Assembly (NCBI GenBank): GCA_031285625.1 | Contig: JAITVV010000081.1 | Location: 32,001 to 96,000, forward strand | DNA length: 64,000 nucleotides | DNA from: Prevotella sp. | GTDB lineage: Bacteria; Bacteroidota; Bacteroidia; Bacteroidales; Dysgonomonadaceae | Direction: 5' to 3' | Shown here: positions 21,927-32,833 of the stretch, one piece after another | Layout of the letters: the number at the start of each line of letters is the position of its first letter | Position numbering within the stretch: the stretch's first letter is position 1 | Program-made: the position numbers and the translations under genes | Notes under the pieces: generated by a model | Told to the model about the DNA's origin: nothing | The model's input: only the letters and a program-made list of their open reading frames with translations | The model's database searches: none

Positions 21927-22304
21927 TTACATCTCTGAAATTACACCCCAATAACAAACAGCAATAATAAAGGACAAAGGGGTCATCATCCATCTTTCTT
22001 TATGGCTTTTTGAGAATATATTCATAACTACATTTATAGATAAATATATTGCAAATACATAGCAGCTAATCTTAATTATTCCATATGAAAAAACCGAAGC
22101 AATCAATCCTCCGGCCTGAAGTAATGCAAAAATCCCGAATATCTGCAAAATTATTGCCAAAGTAACAGCAACTCTGTTTTTACCCGATAAGATCTTCTGT
22201 TGGCCACCCATAGCATATTCGCCCAGTGGTACTCCAAAAACGAGTAACAGATAAAATATTACTATTAGTCCGAAAAAAATACTTCCAATAAGTGCAAAAA
22301 TCAT
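21927..22304 (-). CDS. Small 4-TM membrane protein
   Basis: Hydrophobic sequence with GVPLGEYAMGG and SKSHKER motifs. Confidence 0.75.
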   Translation of the reverse strand: MIFALIGSIFFGLIVIFYLLLVFGVPLGEYAMGGQQKILSGKNRVAVTLAIILQIFGIFALLQAGGLIASVFSYGIIKISCYVFAIYLSINVVMNIFSKSHKERWMMTPLSFIIAVCYWGVISEM

Positions 22305-22434
22305 AATGAATATACTTTACCTGCAAAAATACGAGTAAATAATCAAAAAACAGAAAAGGTTTCCTTTTTATCTCTTTAAACCAAAGCGGATACTCAATTG
22401 TTACAAATGATAATATTCACAAATCTCATTTAAT

Positions 22435-23478
22435 ATGAAAAAATTTTGCCTCGCATTATTTGCTATTGTTTTAACTGCCCATTTTAATGTAATAGAAGCT
22501 TGTACAAGAATTGTTTATCAAGGACCTAACAATACCATCCTCACAGCCCGTTCGATGGATTGGAAAGAAGACAGCCGTAGTAATCTATGGATTTTTCCCA
22601 GAGGTATGGAACGTAATGGGGAAGTGGGTAAGAGTCCTATGAAATGGACTTCTAAGTACGGAAGTGTCATAGCCTCAGCTTATGATATTTGTAGTACTGA
22701 TGGTATGAACGAAAAAGGGCTGGTAGCTAACTTGCTCTGGCTCGCTGAGTCTGCATACCCTCAATGGGATGGAAAGAAACCCGGTCTTTCGATAGCTGCA
22801 TGGGTACAATATATGCTCGATAATTTTGCTGATGTAAATGAAGCCGTAGCAGCAATGGAGAAAAGAAATTTTGAAGTAGTCTCTGATATGATGCCCGACG
22901 GGTCGCGTATGGCAACCCTGCATTTATCAATTTCCGATGCATCCGGTGACAATGCCATATTTGAATACGTAAACGGTGAATTAAGAATTCACCATGATAA
23001 ATCTTATCAGGTAATGACTAACTCTCCTATATTTGACCAGCAATTAGCACTTAACGATTATTGGAAGAATATCGGAGGCTTAACATTCCTTCCCGGAACC
23101 AATCGTGCAGCAGACCGTTTTGTGAGGGCCTCTTATTATATCAATGCTATTCCAAAAACAGAAGATACACGCATTGCCGTAGCCAGTGTATTCAGTGTAA
23201 TACGCAATACATCTGTTCCTTATGGAATAAGTACCCCGAATGAACCTAATATTTCATCCACAAGATGGAGAACAGTCTCAGATCAGAAGAACAAAGTATA
23301 TTATTTCGAATCTGCTTTATATCCGAATGTCTTTTGGGTTGATTTCGCAAATATAGATTTCACTAAAAATGCACCTGTGAAAAAACTGGATCTGGTAGGA
23401 GGTAAAACTTATGCAGGAAATACTATTAATGAATTTGTGAATTCTGAAGCATTTAAATTTTTGGGAGTAGATCAGTAA
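22435..23478 (+). CDS. Choloylglycine hydrolase/penicillin V acylase family Ntn hydrolase, exported
   Basis: Signal peptide ending EA before catalytic CTR; ARSMDW, DGMNEKGL, MTNSP and DRFVRA motifs. Confidence 0.95.
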   Translation: MKKFCLALFAIVLTAHFNVIEACTRIVYQGPNNTILTARSMDWKEDSRSNLWIFPRGMERNGEVGKSPMKWTSKYGSVIASAYDICSTDGMNEKGLVANLLWLAESAYPQWDGKKPGLSIAAWVQYMLDNFADVNEAVAAMEKRNFEVVSDMMPDGSRMATLHLSISDASGDNAIFEYVNGELRIHHDKSYQVMTNSPIFDQQLALNDYWKNIGGLTFLPGTNRAADRFVRASYYINAIPKTEDTRIAVASVFSVIRNTSVPYGISTPNEPNISSTRWRTVSDQKNKVYYFESALYPNVFWVDFANIDFTKNAPVKKLDLVGGKTYAGNTINEFVNSEAFKFLGVDQ

Positions 23479-23499
23479 TTTCAGTATTTTTTTAAAGCA

Positions 23500-23531
23500 A
23501 AGAAAAGCCAGTTTTTTAACTGGCTTTTCTT
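23500..23531. terminator. Bidirectional intrinsic terminator
   Basis: AAGAAAAGCCAGTT-TTTT-AACTGGCTTTTCTT. Confidence 0.85.
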
Positions 23532-23542
23532 GTTTATTATTT

Positions 23543-25861
23543 TTAGAATGGATATCCTATACCAAAATGCCATGCCATACGATTTAGGCGAGGCTTAAAT
23601 AACACAAAGCGTTTTGACTGGTCACGTCCGGGATCATAGGCTTGCATTCCCGCATCGAAACGGAGCAACAGGAAACCAAGATCGAAACGTATACCTAATC
23701 CATAGGAAACGGCTATTTCCTTATAGAAATCTTTAAATTGGAATTGTCCATCTGGTTGATTTTCATAATCTTTCAGTGTCCAAATATTTCCTGCATCTAT
23801 AAATTGTGCAAATTCAAAAAGTGAAGTCAGTTTATATCTATTTTCGATACTGAATTCAAGTTTCATATCTCCTGTTTGGTTTACAAAATCGCTTCTTGTA
23901 CCTTCCGGTCGTTTGTATGAACCAGGTCCAAGCGATCGGGTACTCCATCCCCTGATACTATTTGCCCCTCCTGCAAAAAACCGCCTTTCGAAAGGGAGTA
24001 CATCTGAGTTTCCATACGGATGTGCCATACCTAGACCAATCCTATATGCCACTGAATGAATTTTAGAGAAATAGAATGTGCGTGAGTATTCTATACTTCC
24101 CTTTATATATTCAGCATAGGCAACCCCTAGTATTTTTTTCTGTCCGGTTTCTTCATCGGGCTTGGCTCCATTTATAGTTGTAGCCAGTCGTGGCAATGCT
24201 CCGGCAACCTCTATCGATCCGCGTAAGGTGTAAGTCGGATGTAATGAGTTTAATCGGCGCGAATTTACAAGAGTTGCTGTGTATGCGGTACGTGATACAA
24301 GTTGATCCCGATAGCTTTCCCGTAATAAAGGATTGTTTGAGTTGCTGAGATAAAGGCTATCAAACCTGTGAGATACCCAAGGCATGCGGATATAGTTAAT
24401 ATCTAATAAGTCGAGAGCATGTCTCAGCCTGTTCCTTTTGGTTGCCCATCCATAGTTTAATGTAGTATTAAAAAACTGGCGGGTATATTCTGCACGATGC
24501 TGATTGGTCAGACCAATAGAAATGCGGGTAGACGCCGAAGGCTGCTCACGCCAGCTTTTCTTTAGCCAGGGGAAGAGGAACATAGGGAATGTAAGTCCTG
24601 TCTCTATACCATACTCATAGTAGTTTTGGTTCATCAGGTCGTCATCCTTCTTTCCGGCAATAAATTCGTAGGCTCCTTTTAACTTTATATTGAATTGTTC
24701 CCCTCCGTTGAAGAGATTCTGATGCTGATAAGATACACTTGGCGCAACCCCTATATCACCGGCAGAGTTTGTACCATCCAATCCAGCCTTGAACCAGTGG
24801 GCATTGGCAGGGAGAAGGATAATAGTTGCATCTAATAATCGTGTACTGTCTTCGGGGGAAGGAGTAATTGAAATATTTGCCTGTTTGATCGCACCCATTT
24901 TGCTATACGCTTCAAAGGTTCCATTCAGTGCATAATCAGAGAACCAGCTCCCTTTACGCATATAATTATTACGTGCTATAGTAGAATTACGAAGGAAGTT
25001 ATTCCGCCCGTGTATAATTTTAATTCCTTTATATTCAGTTGTATCCGCATTTCTGAAAAACCATCTGTTGGTGCTCAACTGCCCGCTATCATCTCCTCCC
25101 CGTCTACTGGTCAGGGAGTTTATACCTGAAATAACGGTTACATTGTTAATCCTATAGCGCGGATATGGCAAACTATCTTTTGCCGGATAAATATCGAGGA
25201 ACAGATCGACTTCGTGAGAATTGTGTGTTGTGTCAGCTTTGAAGTACACATATTCTTTCGAGAAATTGTAATACCCTACATTACGCATTATGCTATTTAC
25301 CCTCACTCTTTCCTCTTCCAGCATATCCATATCGAACATATCCCCTTTAGCTATATAGGGCTTCATCGGGATCAAATTTATAATACGCTGCATTGTAGTA
25401 TCGCTAAGGGTATATTTATAATCGCGTATAAGATAGGGAGTGCCTCCCCTTAGATTATATGTTACGGATACTTTTTTGTCATTAAACTTTAAGGTAGTAT
25501 CTGCTTCGGCATTCAGATATCCCTGATTATTCAATTGTTTTAGCAATTGATTTTTAGACAACTGTGTCTGTGAAGCGCTGTAAATAACAGGTGGTTGTCC
25601 GGCTTTTCTTATTATCTTATTCAACCATGTTGAGTCCTGTCCGGCCGTATTGTATAATTTTAGCCTGAATTTACCTAACAATGGAAGGCTTGTATTTGGT
25701 TGTTGGCGGACAAAATCTTCTAAATCGGAAGTCGCATTTTTTGTATCATGTTTTATTGTGAAGTCATCTAAAAGATAACTCCCTTCCGGAATGTTTTTAG
25801 TAGTGCTACATGCCGCAAGGATCAAAATAAAAGCAAACGGTATTAATCTATATTTCTTCAT
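23543..25861 (-). CDS. Omp85 family lipoprotein (TamL-like)
   Basis: Lipobox LAAC, POTRA domains, FAGGANSIRGW loop motif and C-terminal FGIGYPF. Confidence 0.9.
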   Translation of the reverse strand: MKKYRLIPFAFILILAACSTTKNIPEGSYLLDDFTIKHDTKNATSDLEDFVRQQPNTSLPLLGKFRLKLYNTAGQDSTWLNKIIRKAGQPPVIYSASQTQLSKNQLLKQLNNQGYLNAEADTTLKFNDKKVSVTYNLRGGTPYLIRDYKYTLSDTTMQRIINLIPMKPYIAKGDMFDMDMLEEERVRVNSIMRNVGYYNFSKEYVYFKADTTHNSHEVDLFLDIYPAKDSLPYPRYRINNVTVISGINSLTSRRGGDDSGQLSTNRWFFRNADTTEYKGIKIIHGRNNFLRNSTIARNNYMRKGSWFSDYALNGTFEAYSKMGAIKQANISITPSPEDSTRLLDATIILLPANAHWFKAGLDGTNSAGDIGVAPSVSYQHQNLFNGGEQFNIKLKGAYEFIAGKKDDDLMNQNYYEYGIETGLTFPMFLFPWLKKSWREQPSASTRISIGLTNQHRAEYTRQFFNTTLNYGWATKRNRLRHALDLLDINYIRMPWVSHRFDSLYLSNSNNPLLRESYRDQLVSRTAYTATLVNSRRLNSLHPTYTLRGSIEVAGALPRLATTINGAKPDEETGQKKILGVAYAEYIKGSIEYSRTFYFSKIHSVAYRIGLGMAHPYGNSDVLPFERRFFAGGANSIRGWSTRSLGPGSYKRPEGTRSDFVNQTGDMKLEFSIENRYKLTSLFEFAQFIDAGNIWTLKDYENQPDGQFQFKDFYKEIAVSYGLGIRFDLGFLLLRFDAGMQAYDPGRDQSKRFVLFKPRLNRMAWHFGIGYPF

Positions 25862-26008
25862 TAAAACTAAGGTCTGAAACCTATATTATTACTTTGATAA
25901 GTGAAACAACAATAGATTGTTATGATTCAAAAACAATTCATTAAATGTGTTTATAGTTACATATTAACGTTTGACAAAGATACAATGTTTAAAAATAGAT
26001 AACATCAG

Positions 26009-27472
26009 TTAATTCAATTCACTTACATCTGCAATTCCATTACGGTCAAACAGCACACGATATTTTTTATAATATTCATCATCTTCCGATTTACATTGTA
26101 TTATAAAGTAAAGTGAATAAACTTTATTCCCCTCGATTGTTTCCAGACCTTGTTCAGGGTCTTCTAGGTATAAAGGAATATATGGATTATCCATCTTCTG
26201 GGTAAAATTGACAAGCGTAAAACGTGTTATATCATTTATCCCCGAGAGCCGGTATTCCTTATATTTTTCAATTTCTTCTTTCGAAAGATTCACCCATTTA
26301 CGGTACAATATTATTTTCTCATCATATACCTGGTTCTCGGCTTCTACAAGAGGGCTTCGGGCACGAATACTCCGCACCTCATCAGGAAGTTTGCTTTCCT
26401 CTATGAAATCGAAAGCTTCCTTTATCCATCCTATTTTCCGTTTACGAATACTCAGGTTTAACTTAGTGTCAAAATATTTTTTACCAAGTTTGGAAGTGAA
26501 GTAGTACCGCATAATATCTTTAATGCGGTCTTTAAACATATAACTAAAGACAAGGATAATGAAAAGGTCGGTAGTAAAGTTACCCAACCGTTGTGTGGCA
26601 AAAAAAGAAACCACTGTAGCAAAGAACATAGCTATACCGGCAGCGATACTATAATAAAACTGCTCGGCAAACACACCATCTTTCTTTTTAATTATTTGTA
26701 AGAAAAGGTCGCTTTCAACGAATTTTTTAAGAATATTCCGTTGAGTTATCACCAGACTGTTGTGCTTGTCATTCCCTTTCTCCAGGATCATAAAGCCTCT
26801 CTTTTTCTTATGGCTTTTCTCATCCTCTATGAGTTTGTATAGTTCAGGTTTAATGATCTCAAAAGCAGGTTTATTCTTTAACAGCCTCATTATCTGAAAA
26901 GAGTATTGCTCAATGATATTTCCTAAAAAGTCATCACCGAAAAGGAAAAAATCCCGCTGCTGTTTCGTAATGTCGGGCTTAGTAAGCTCATCCCACATTT
27001 CACGGTATTGTAATGCGATTTGTCTTACATTTTGTACATACGCCTCTACATGGGAAATTACTTTCTCATCGGTTGCCGTACCGGTAATGATCTGTACCTG
27101 TCGCCTCAGGGCACTTTTCATAATACAGACAAACATTTTTATCTGATAGACAAAACTTTCTGTAACTGTATCATTTGCAGGATCGATAGCTAATGCATCC
27201 AGTGCTTTTTGTAAGCGGGGCAAGGGGCCTCGTCCTGCTTTGAGTATTTCTTCGAGTGAATATACGGGAGTAATAAGACGCATATTACTTTTTACATCTC
27301 TGTAAAAGTCAGCTTTCTTATATGTTGAGCGATTGATATCAAGGCTGTTTGGTAAAAACATCCAGGTATTAATTCTGAACTCATTCAGGTTCTTAGAGTT
27401 TTTGCTGGTTATAAACCCAATTTTAAACTCTAAAGCAAAATTATCATGAATTTTTACTTCAGTATCGATCAT
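26009..27472 (-). CDS. Hypothetical protein with two TM helices
   Basis: 487-aa ORF with a TM pair near residues 270-315; co-oriented with CYTH, 26-nt gap. Confidence 0.8.
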   Translation of the reverse strand: MIDTEVKIHDNFALEFKIGFITSKNSKNLNEFRINTWMFLPNSLDINRSTYKKADFYRDVKSNMRLITPVYSLEEILKAGRGPLPRLQKALDALAIDPANDTVTESFVYQIKMFVCIMKSALRRQVQIITGTATDEKVISHVEAYVQNVRQIALQYREMWDELTKPDITKQQRDFFLFGDDFLGNIIEQYSFQIMRLLKNKPAFEIIKPELYKLIEDEKSHKKKRGFMILEKGNDKHNSLVITQRNILKKFVESDLFLQIIKKKDGVFAEQFYYSIAAGIAMFFATVVSFFATQRLGNFTTDLFIILVFSYMFKDRIKDIMRYYFTSKLGKKYFDTKLNLSIRKRKIGWIKEAFDFIEESKLPDEVRSIRARSPLVEAENQVYDEKIILYRKWVNLSKEEIEKYKEYRLSGINDITRFTLVNFTQKMDNPYIPLYLEDPEQGLETIEGNKVYSLYFIIQCKSEDDEYYKKYRVLFDRNGIADVSELN

Positions 27473-27498
27473 ATTCAGCTCTTCCCCAATTTATTACC

Positions 27499-27966
27499 TT
27501 ACCATTTAGAGTAAGGATATTTGGTTAATGAAGCATTATAATAACGCTTGTCGCCAGTCACTTCATTACCAAGCCATTCAGGCTTTATAAAAGATTCACT
27601 CTCTTCTGAAAGTTCAATCTCTGCTATAACCAGTCCTTCATTTTCACCGTGAAATTCGTCCACTTCGAAAGTATGATTTCCGCTGTTTATATAATAACGG
27701 ACTTTATCGATGATACCGGGTTCACAGAGTTTTAATAATTCACGGGCATCATCAACAGGTATTTCCTTTTCCCACTCAAAGCGGGAAACACCGGATTCAT
27801 TCCCGGCTCCCTTTATGGTTATATATGCTTTTTGTCCTTTTATCCGGACTCTTACCACACGTTCTGCAACAGAAGACAGATAACCCTGTACAACTTCCTC
27901 ATGTGAATGAGCATATTGCTTGAAGTTACCTCTTATCAGAAATTTACGTTCTATTTCTTGAGGCAT
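27499..27966 (-). CDS. CYTH domain triphosphatase
   Basis: EIERKFL, QGYL, RVRI and EVDEF...AEIEL motifs. Confidence 0.95.
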   Translation of the reverse strand: MPQEIERKFLIRGNFKQYAHSHEEVVQGYLSSVAERVVRVRIKGQKAYITIKGAGNESGVSRFEWEKEIPVDDARELLKLCEPGIIDKVRYYINSGNHTFEVDEFHGENEGLVIAEIELSEESESFIKPEWLGNEVTGDKRYYNASLTKYPYSKW

Positions 27967-27967
27967 C

Positions 27968-29137
27968 TTATTGGATTATCTGTTTTATAGCCCCCAATTC
28001 AGGATAGAAAATAACCTTTATTGGCAGCTTATTATTGTCAAACATCTTGGTTACCAGCACATCCTGAATACCATATTGAGCTACATCACATTCTTTTTTA
28101 ACAACGTCTTTTCCATTGAATGTTATTTGCAGAGCCGCCTTGTTAGGGATATTATAAATTATACCTGCCGAAAATTTCTTCTCCATGTCTTTTTCCTCTT
28201 TCGGCGTAAGTATCTGTTGTGGCCTTGGATCTTTATTCTTCAACGACAGGTATACAGGGGCTCCTGCCAAATCATTTGCATCTACAACACCTAACTTGGA
28301 AGAGAAACGGAAGATAATTCTGTTATTTATGTCTTTCTCATCGGGAATCACAGTAAATGTTTTAGATCCTGTTTCGGTAGTTTCGGTTCCTGTAAACATG
28401 GAGGTAAGTGCTTTTTCCTGTTCATCAAGTTGCGACATCACCAGTTTATAAGCATTACCATCAGGAGGCATGTTATCAGCTTCACCTGTTAGAATGTTTG
28501 TACGGCTTTCGCGCAAACGATATATCTGTTTGGCTATTAGTTCGGCTTGCTTAGCAGTGGAACCTGCTCTCAGGATTTCTTCCGACAAGAAACTCCGTGG
28601 GTTCGGTCCGGCAGCAGGAGTTATCACACTTGCCGGTATTTCTTCTTTCGGAAATGTATAATCATCGTTGATAGCACAAATCAGCCCGTCCTTAGATAAG
28701 GTTACATAAGGGGCTGTTGTATTTGTACGAAATTCTACCAAATATGATTTATCTTTATCTACAACTCCTTTTGTTGTTGCATCTATGGTTTCCAATGTAT
28801 AAGTAACAGTATTTTCAGTTATCGGATTTGTTATACTTAAATAGCGCTCTGCATATTGATAAAATTCACCTGTTTTACGGGTTGTTTTTGTGTACTGAGC
28901 AGTTATCTCAATAGATGTTTTCGGTAAAGAGTAAGCTACACCATAGTCATTTGCTTTTACCGCACTCATCTTAACGGTGTTTTGTGCCGATACCACTGAA
29001 CTGATAGTAAGAAAGGCCAACAAACAGCCAAAAGCATTCAATGGTATGTTTTTCAAATACATCGATTTGTACTTCATAAGTTTTTTCATTTTTAAGTAAC
29101 AGTAAGTATTTAATGATATATTTCCGAATCGTAACAA
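27968..29137 (-). CDS. DUF4831 family exported protein
   Basis: YGVAYSLPKT and YAERYL motifs. The real start is probably downstream of the listed one. Confidence 0.75.
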   Translation of the reverse strand: MLRFGNISLNTYCYLKMKKLMKYKSMYLKNIPLNAFGCLLAFLTISSVVSAQNTVKMSAVKANDYGVAYSLPKTSIEITAQYTKTTRKTGEFYQYAERYLSITNPITENTVTYTLETIDATTKGVVDKDKSYLVEFRTNTTAPYVTLSKDGLICAINDDYTFPKEEIPASVITPAAGPNPRSFLSEEILRAGSTAKQAELIAKQIYRLRESRTNILTGEADNMPPDGNAYKLVMSQLDEQEKALTSMFTGTETTETGSKTFTVIPDEKDINNRIIFRFSSKLGVVDANDLAGAPVYLSLKNKDPRPQQILTPKEEKDMEKKFSAGIIYNIPNKAALQITFNGKDVVKKECDVAQYGIQDVLVTKMFDNNKLPIKVIFYPELGAIKQIIQ

Positions 29138-29389
29138 TTATTACTGTTTTACAGACGAAAATAATAAACAGGCCTAAGACCTTATTATTCACAAAGCTAA
29201 TTATTTTTTGTGAAATTTCGATTTACTGTTTTTAAACCTTTAATTTTTCTTAGTTTTGTATCTGTACTTTGACATTTTTATTTCTACACAAAATAAAAAC
29301 ATATTATTATTGATATTATTTTCTCAAAATTCAAAATGTTGTAAAAAATAAATTTAATTATCTGTATATAAGCAGTTTTATGTGATAGC

Positions 29390-29448
29390 AAAGTAACAAA
29401 AAGTTACATCAAAAAATTGTATTAAAACTGTTACCTTTGTCACTTTTT
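29390..29448 (+). repeat. Dispersed GT(T/C)AC repeat element, copy A
   Basis: AAAGTAACAAAAAGTTACA-N21-GTTACCTTTGTCACTTTT. Confidence 0.75.
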
Positions 29449-29519
29449 AATGACATTTCACTGAAAAACAACACATTGTAAAATAAAGCGTTTCAAATTA
29501 CCAATTAAATAGTAAGAAT

Positions 29520-30656
29520 ATGAAAAACATCTTTAAGCTAGGAGTCCTATTTTCACTCATTCTGACGAGTTTCTTATCATGTGAAACGAAGCCAAAAGTA
29601 ACAAATAAGCCTTCCGGGCCTGTTATTATAGCATATGTTGGTGGCTATAGAGGCCTTGTGGATGCCAGTAAGATCTCTGCAAATAAAATAACTCATATAA
29701 ATTATGCTTTTGTCGATGTAAAGGACGGAAAAGCATTTCTCACCAATGAGGCTACAGATACCACCAACTTTAGAACACTAAATGCACTAAAAGAGCAGAA
29801 TCCTGATCTCAAAATTCTCATTTCAATAGGAGGGTGGACCTGGAGCCGTAATTTCTCCGATGCAGTTTTAACACCGGAAGGCCAAAAAACTTTTGCTAAA
29901 TCTGCTGTTGATATAATGAAGACCTATAATCTGGATGGAGTAGATATAGACTGGGAATATCCGGCTATGCCCGGAGACACCGGAAATGTATATCGTCCTG
30001 AAGATAAGCAAAACTATACATTGATGTTTCAGGCAATAAGGACAGAATTAGATGTTTTGGAAAAGGAAACGGATAAAAAATACCTGTTGACAACAGCTGT
30101 TGGAGGTTCTCAGAATTTTATCGATAATACTGAAATGGGAAAGGTTCAGGAGTATCTTGATTATATAAACATCATGACTTATGATTATCATCCTCACAAA
30201 CAAGCTGTACATCACACTAATCTGTTTGCATCAGACAAATATGAGCAAAAGCATGGGGCGGACATAGCAGTCAAGGCATATGTGGCAGCAGGTGTTCCTG
30301 TAGAAAAGCTTGTGATGGGAATTGCTTTTTATGGCCGTGCATTCAATCTTAAGAAAGGCGCCTCAAAAGGGCTTGGCGATCCTGTAGCAGACCAGGTACG
30401 TGGCGGTGGATATACTTATATAAAAGACAGCCTTGTTAACCAAAACGAATATTACAGATACTGGGATGATGTAGCTAAGGCTCCATATTTATTCAATTTT
30501 TATAAAGGGATTTTTGTAACCTACGATGATGAGGAATCCGTTAAAGAAAAATGCCGATACGTTCTGGATAATAAAATGGGCGGAGTAATGTTCTGGGAAT
30601 ATAGTTCTGACCCTAAAGAATACCTGTTGAATGAAATTAACAAAGCGCTGAAATAA
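29520..30656 (+). CDS. GH18 chitinase, lipoprotein
   Basis: THINYAF, SIGGW, DGVDIDWEYP catalytic motif, MTYDY; lipobox FLSC. Confidence 0.95.
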   Translation: MKNIFKLGVLFSLILTSFLSCETKPKVTNKPSGPVIIAYVGGYRGLVDASKISANKITHINYAFVDVKDGKAFLTNEATDTTNFRTLNALKEQNPDLKILISIGGWTWSRNFSDAVLTPEGQKTFAKSAVDIMKTYNLDGVDIDWEYPAMPGDTGNVYRPEDKQNYTLMFQAIRTELDVLEKETDKKYLLTTAVGGSQNFIDNTEMGKVQEYLDYINIMTYDYHPHKQAVHHTNLFASDKYEQKHGADIAVKAYVAAGVPVEKLVMGIAFYGRAFNLKKGASKGLGDPVADQVRGGGYTYIKDSLVNQNEYYRYWDDVAKAPYLFNFYKGIFVTYDDEESVKEKCRYVLDNKMGGVMFWEYSSDPKEYLLNEINKALK

Positions 30657-30766
30657 TAAAATTTAACAATATCAAATGTTGAGATTGATCTTCTGTTTGT
30701 ACTTTTGATAATAAAGTGCAAAACTAATATGATACAACAAGCCACTTTATTTTCGGATAATGTGGC

Positions 30767-32329
30767 TTGTATAATGAGTATAAAATGAGAAAAAAAAGGA
30801 TACTTTGGGCAGATGATGAAATAGATATGTTGCGTTCACATATTCTCTTCCTGCAAGAAAAGGGATATGAGGTAACTCCCGTTAACAGTGGACAAGACGC
30901 TATTGACTGTATTCGGGAAGAAACCTTTGATATCGTTTTTCTTGACGAGAATATGCCTGGTCTGTCGGGGCTTGAAACACTTAGCCTAATCAAGGAGATC
31001 AATCCCAATATTCCTGTTATAATGATTACCAAGAGTGAGGATGAAGGCATTATGACACATGCTATAGGGAAAAAAATTGCAGATTATCTTATTAAACCGG
31101 TAAATCCGAACCAGATACTCCTTTCCATCAAGAAAAACCTGCATAAGGATGACATCGTCTCTGAAGTAACATTAGAAAGCTACAGGGAGGAATTTAGCAA
31201 AATCAGTACCCAAATAAACGAAACGTCGACTTATGCTGACTGGGTAGATATTTATAAGAAGCTTGTTTATTGGGAACTAGAGCTTACAGCATCAGACAGC
31301 CCATTAATCGATTTGCTTAAGGTGCAAAAAAATGAAGCCAATGATAGCTATTGTAAGTTTATAAAAAAGAACTACGAATCATGGTTTAGAAATGAAGCAA
31401 ACAAACCATTGATGAGTCCCGAACTTTTCTCCAAAAAGGTATTTCCATTATTAGACAATGATGAGAAGGTATTCTTTATACTTATCGATAACTTTCGTTT
31501 AGACCAGTGGTGGGACGTAAAAGACCTGCTGGCAAGCGATTTCTCAATTTCGGAGGATGAATATTTCAGTATATTACCCACTGCAACACAATATGCCCGC
31601 AATGCTATTTTTGCAGGATTGATGCCTTCCCAGATAGCCAAGCTATATCCTCATCTTTGGGTAGAAGAGGAAGAAGATGAAAGTAAAAATCTAAATGAAG
31701 AAGCATTACTGCAAACGCAAATAGATCGTTACAGGAAGAAATATACTTTTTCCTACAATAAACTATTATCCTCTTTTTCGGGTGAGAAGTTAGTTCAGAA
31801 TATGAATACATTGAACAATAAGCAGTTAAATGTAATTGTAATCAATTTTGTAGATATGCTGTCCCATGCGCGTACCGAGTCGAAAATGATACGGGAACTG
31901 GCTTCTGATGAAGCTGCATACCGGTCTCTAACCCGTTCGTGGTTCAAGCATTCCAGTACAATGGATATCCTCAGGAAGGCGAAGGATATGGGATATAAGA
32001 TTATCTTAACCACAGATCATGGAACAATCCGTGTAAAGAACCCTCTAAAAGTAATCGGAGATAAAGCGGTGAATTCAAACATCCGCTATAAAGTAGGTCG
32101 CAATCTTGATTATGACCGTAAAAAAGTTTATGATGTGCATTCACCCGATAAATTCGGGCTTCCGGTTCCACACATCAGTACAAAATATATCTTTGCAACA
32201 GGTGATGATTTCTTTGCTTACCCTAACAATTACAACTATTATGTATCTTACTATACAGATACTTTCCAACATGGTGGTATCTCTATGGAAGAAATGATTG
32301 TTCCTTTTATAACTTTAACAGGAAAGTAA
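30767..32329 (+). CDS. porX: PorX response regulator (REC + PglZ domain)
   Basis: ILWADDE and FLDENMPG receiver; PglZ motifs [18 protein letters not shown] and FQHGGIS; upstream of tsaE. The start is probably 30785. Confidence 0.93.
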   Translation: MYNEYKMRKKRILWADDEIDMLRSHILFLQEKGYEVTPVNSGQDAIDCIREETFDIVFLDENMPGLSGLETLSLIKEINPNIPVIMITKSEDEGIMTHAIGKKIADYLIKPVNPNQILLSIKKNLHKDDIVSEVTLESYREEFSKISTQINETSTYADWVDIYKKLVYWELELTASDSPLIDLLKVQKNEANDSYCKFIKKNYESWFRNEANKPLMSPELFSKKVFPLLDNDEKVFFILIDNFRLDQWWDVKDLLASDFSISEDEYFSILPTATQYARNAIFAGLMPSQIAKLYPHLWVEEEEDESKNLNEEALLQTQIDRYRKKYTFSYNKLLSSFSGEKLVQNMNTLNNKQLNVIVINFVDMLSHARTESKMIRELASDEAAYRSLTRSWFKHSSTMDILRKAKDMGYKIILTTDHGTIRVKNPLKVIGDKAVNSNIRYKVGRNLDYDRKKVYDVHSPDKFGLPVPHISTKYIFATGDDFFAYPNNYNYYVSYYTDTFQHGGISMEEMIVPFITLTGK

Positions 32330-32358
32330 ATATCTTTGTACTATTAATAACGAATACA

Positions 32359-32775
32359 ATGAATATAAAAATAGAATCATTAGATAAGATACACGAAGCA
32401 GCCATAGAGTTTATAAAAGTCATGGGAGACAATACCGTTTTTGCCTTTCATGGCGAGATGGGTGCCGGTAAAACTACCTTTATAAAAGCCATCTGTGAAA
32501 AGCTGGGAGTTTCCGATACTATTAATAGTCCTACATTTGCTATCATAAATGAATATCGTTCAGATAGCGGGGAGCTGATTTATCATTTTGATTTCTACCG
32601 TATCAATAAAATAGAAGAAGCTTTCGATTTCGGATATGAAGATTATTTCTATAGTGGAAGCCTTTGCTTTATTGAATGGCCTGAAAAGGTTGAAAGTTTA
32701 TTACCAAATGATACAGTGAATGTTAGCATCAAAGTACTTGAAGATGGTAGCCGGGATGTAAAGTTGGATATTTAA
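32359..32775 (+). CDS. tsaE: tRNA threonylcarbamoyladenosine biosynthesis ATPase
   Basis: [20 protein letters not shown] and IEWPE motifs. Confidence 0.98.
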   Translation: MNIKIESLDKIHEAAIEFIKVMGDNTVFAFHGEMGAGKTTFIKAICEKLGVSDTINSPTFAIINEYRSDSGELIYHFDFYRINKIEEAFDFGYEDYFYSGSLCFIEWPEKVESLLPNDTVNVSIKVLEDGSRDVKLDI

Positions 32776-32833
32776 TATTTTTTTAATTATATTTGCATAC
32801 TCAATATCCTGAATTAAATTCATCATAAAGAGG

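Noticed and set aside
30767-32329. PglZ domain as part of a BREX defence system
   Set aside because: The REC-PglZ architecture upstream of tsaE is the conserved PorX, and no brx genes are present.
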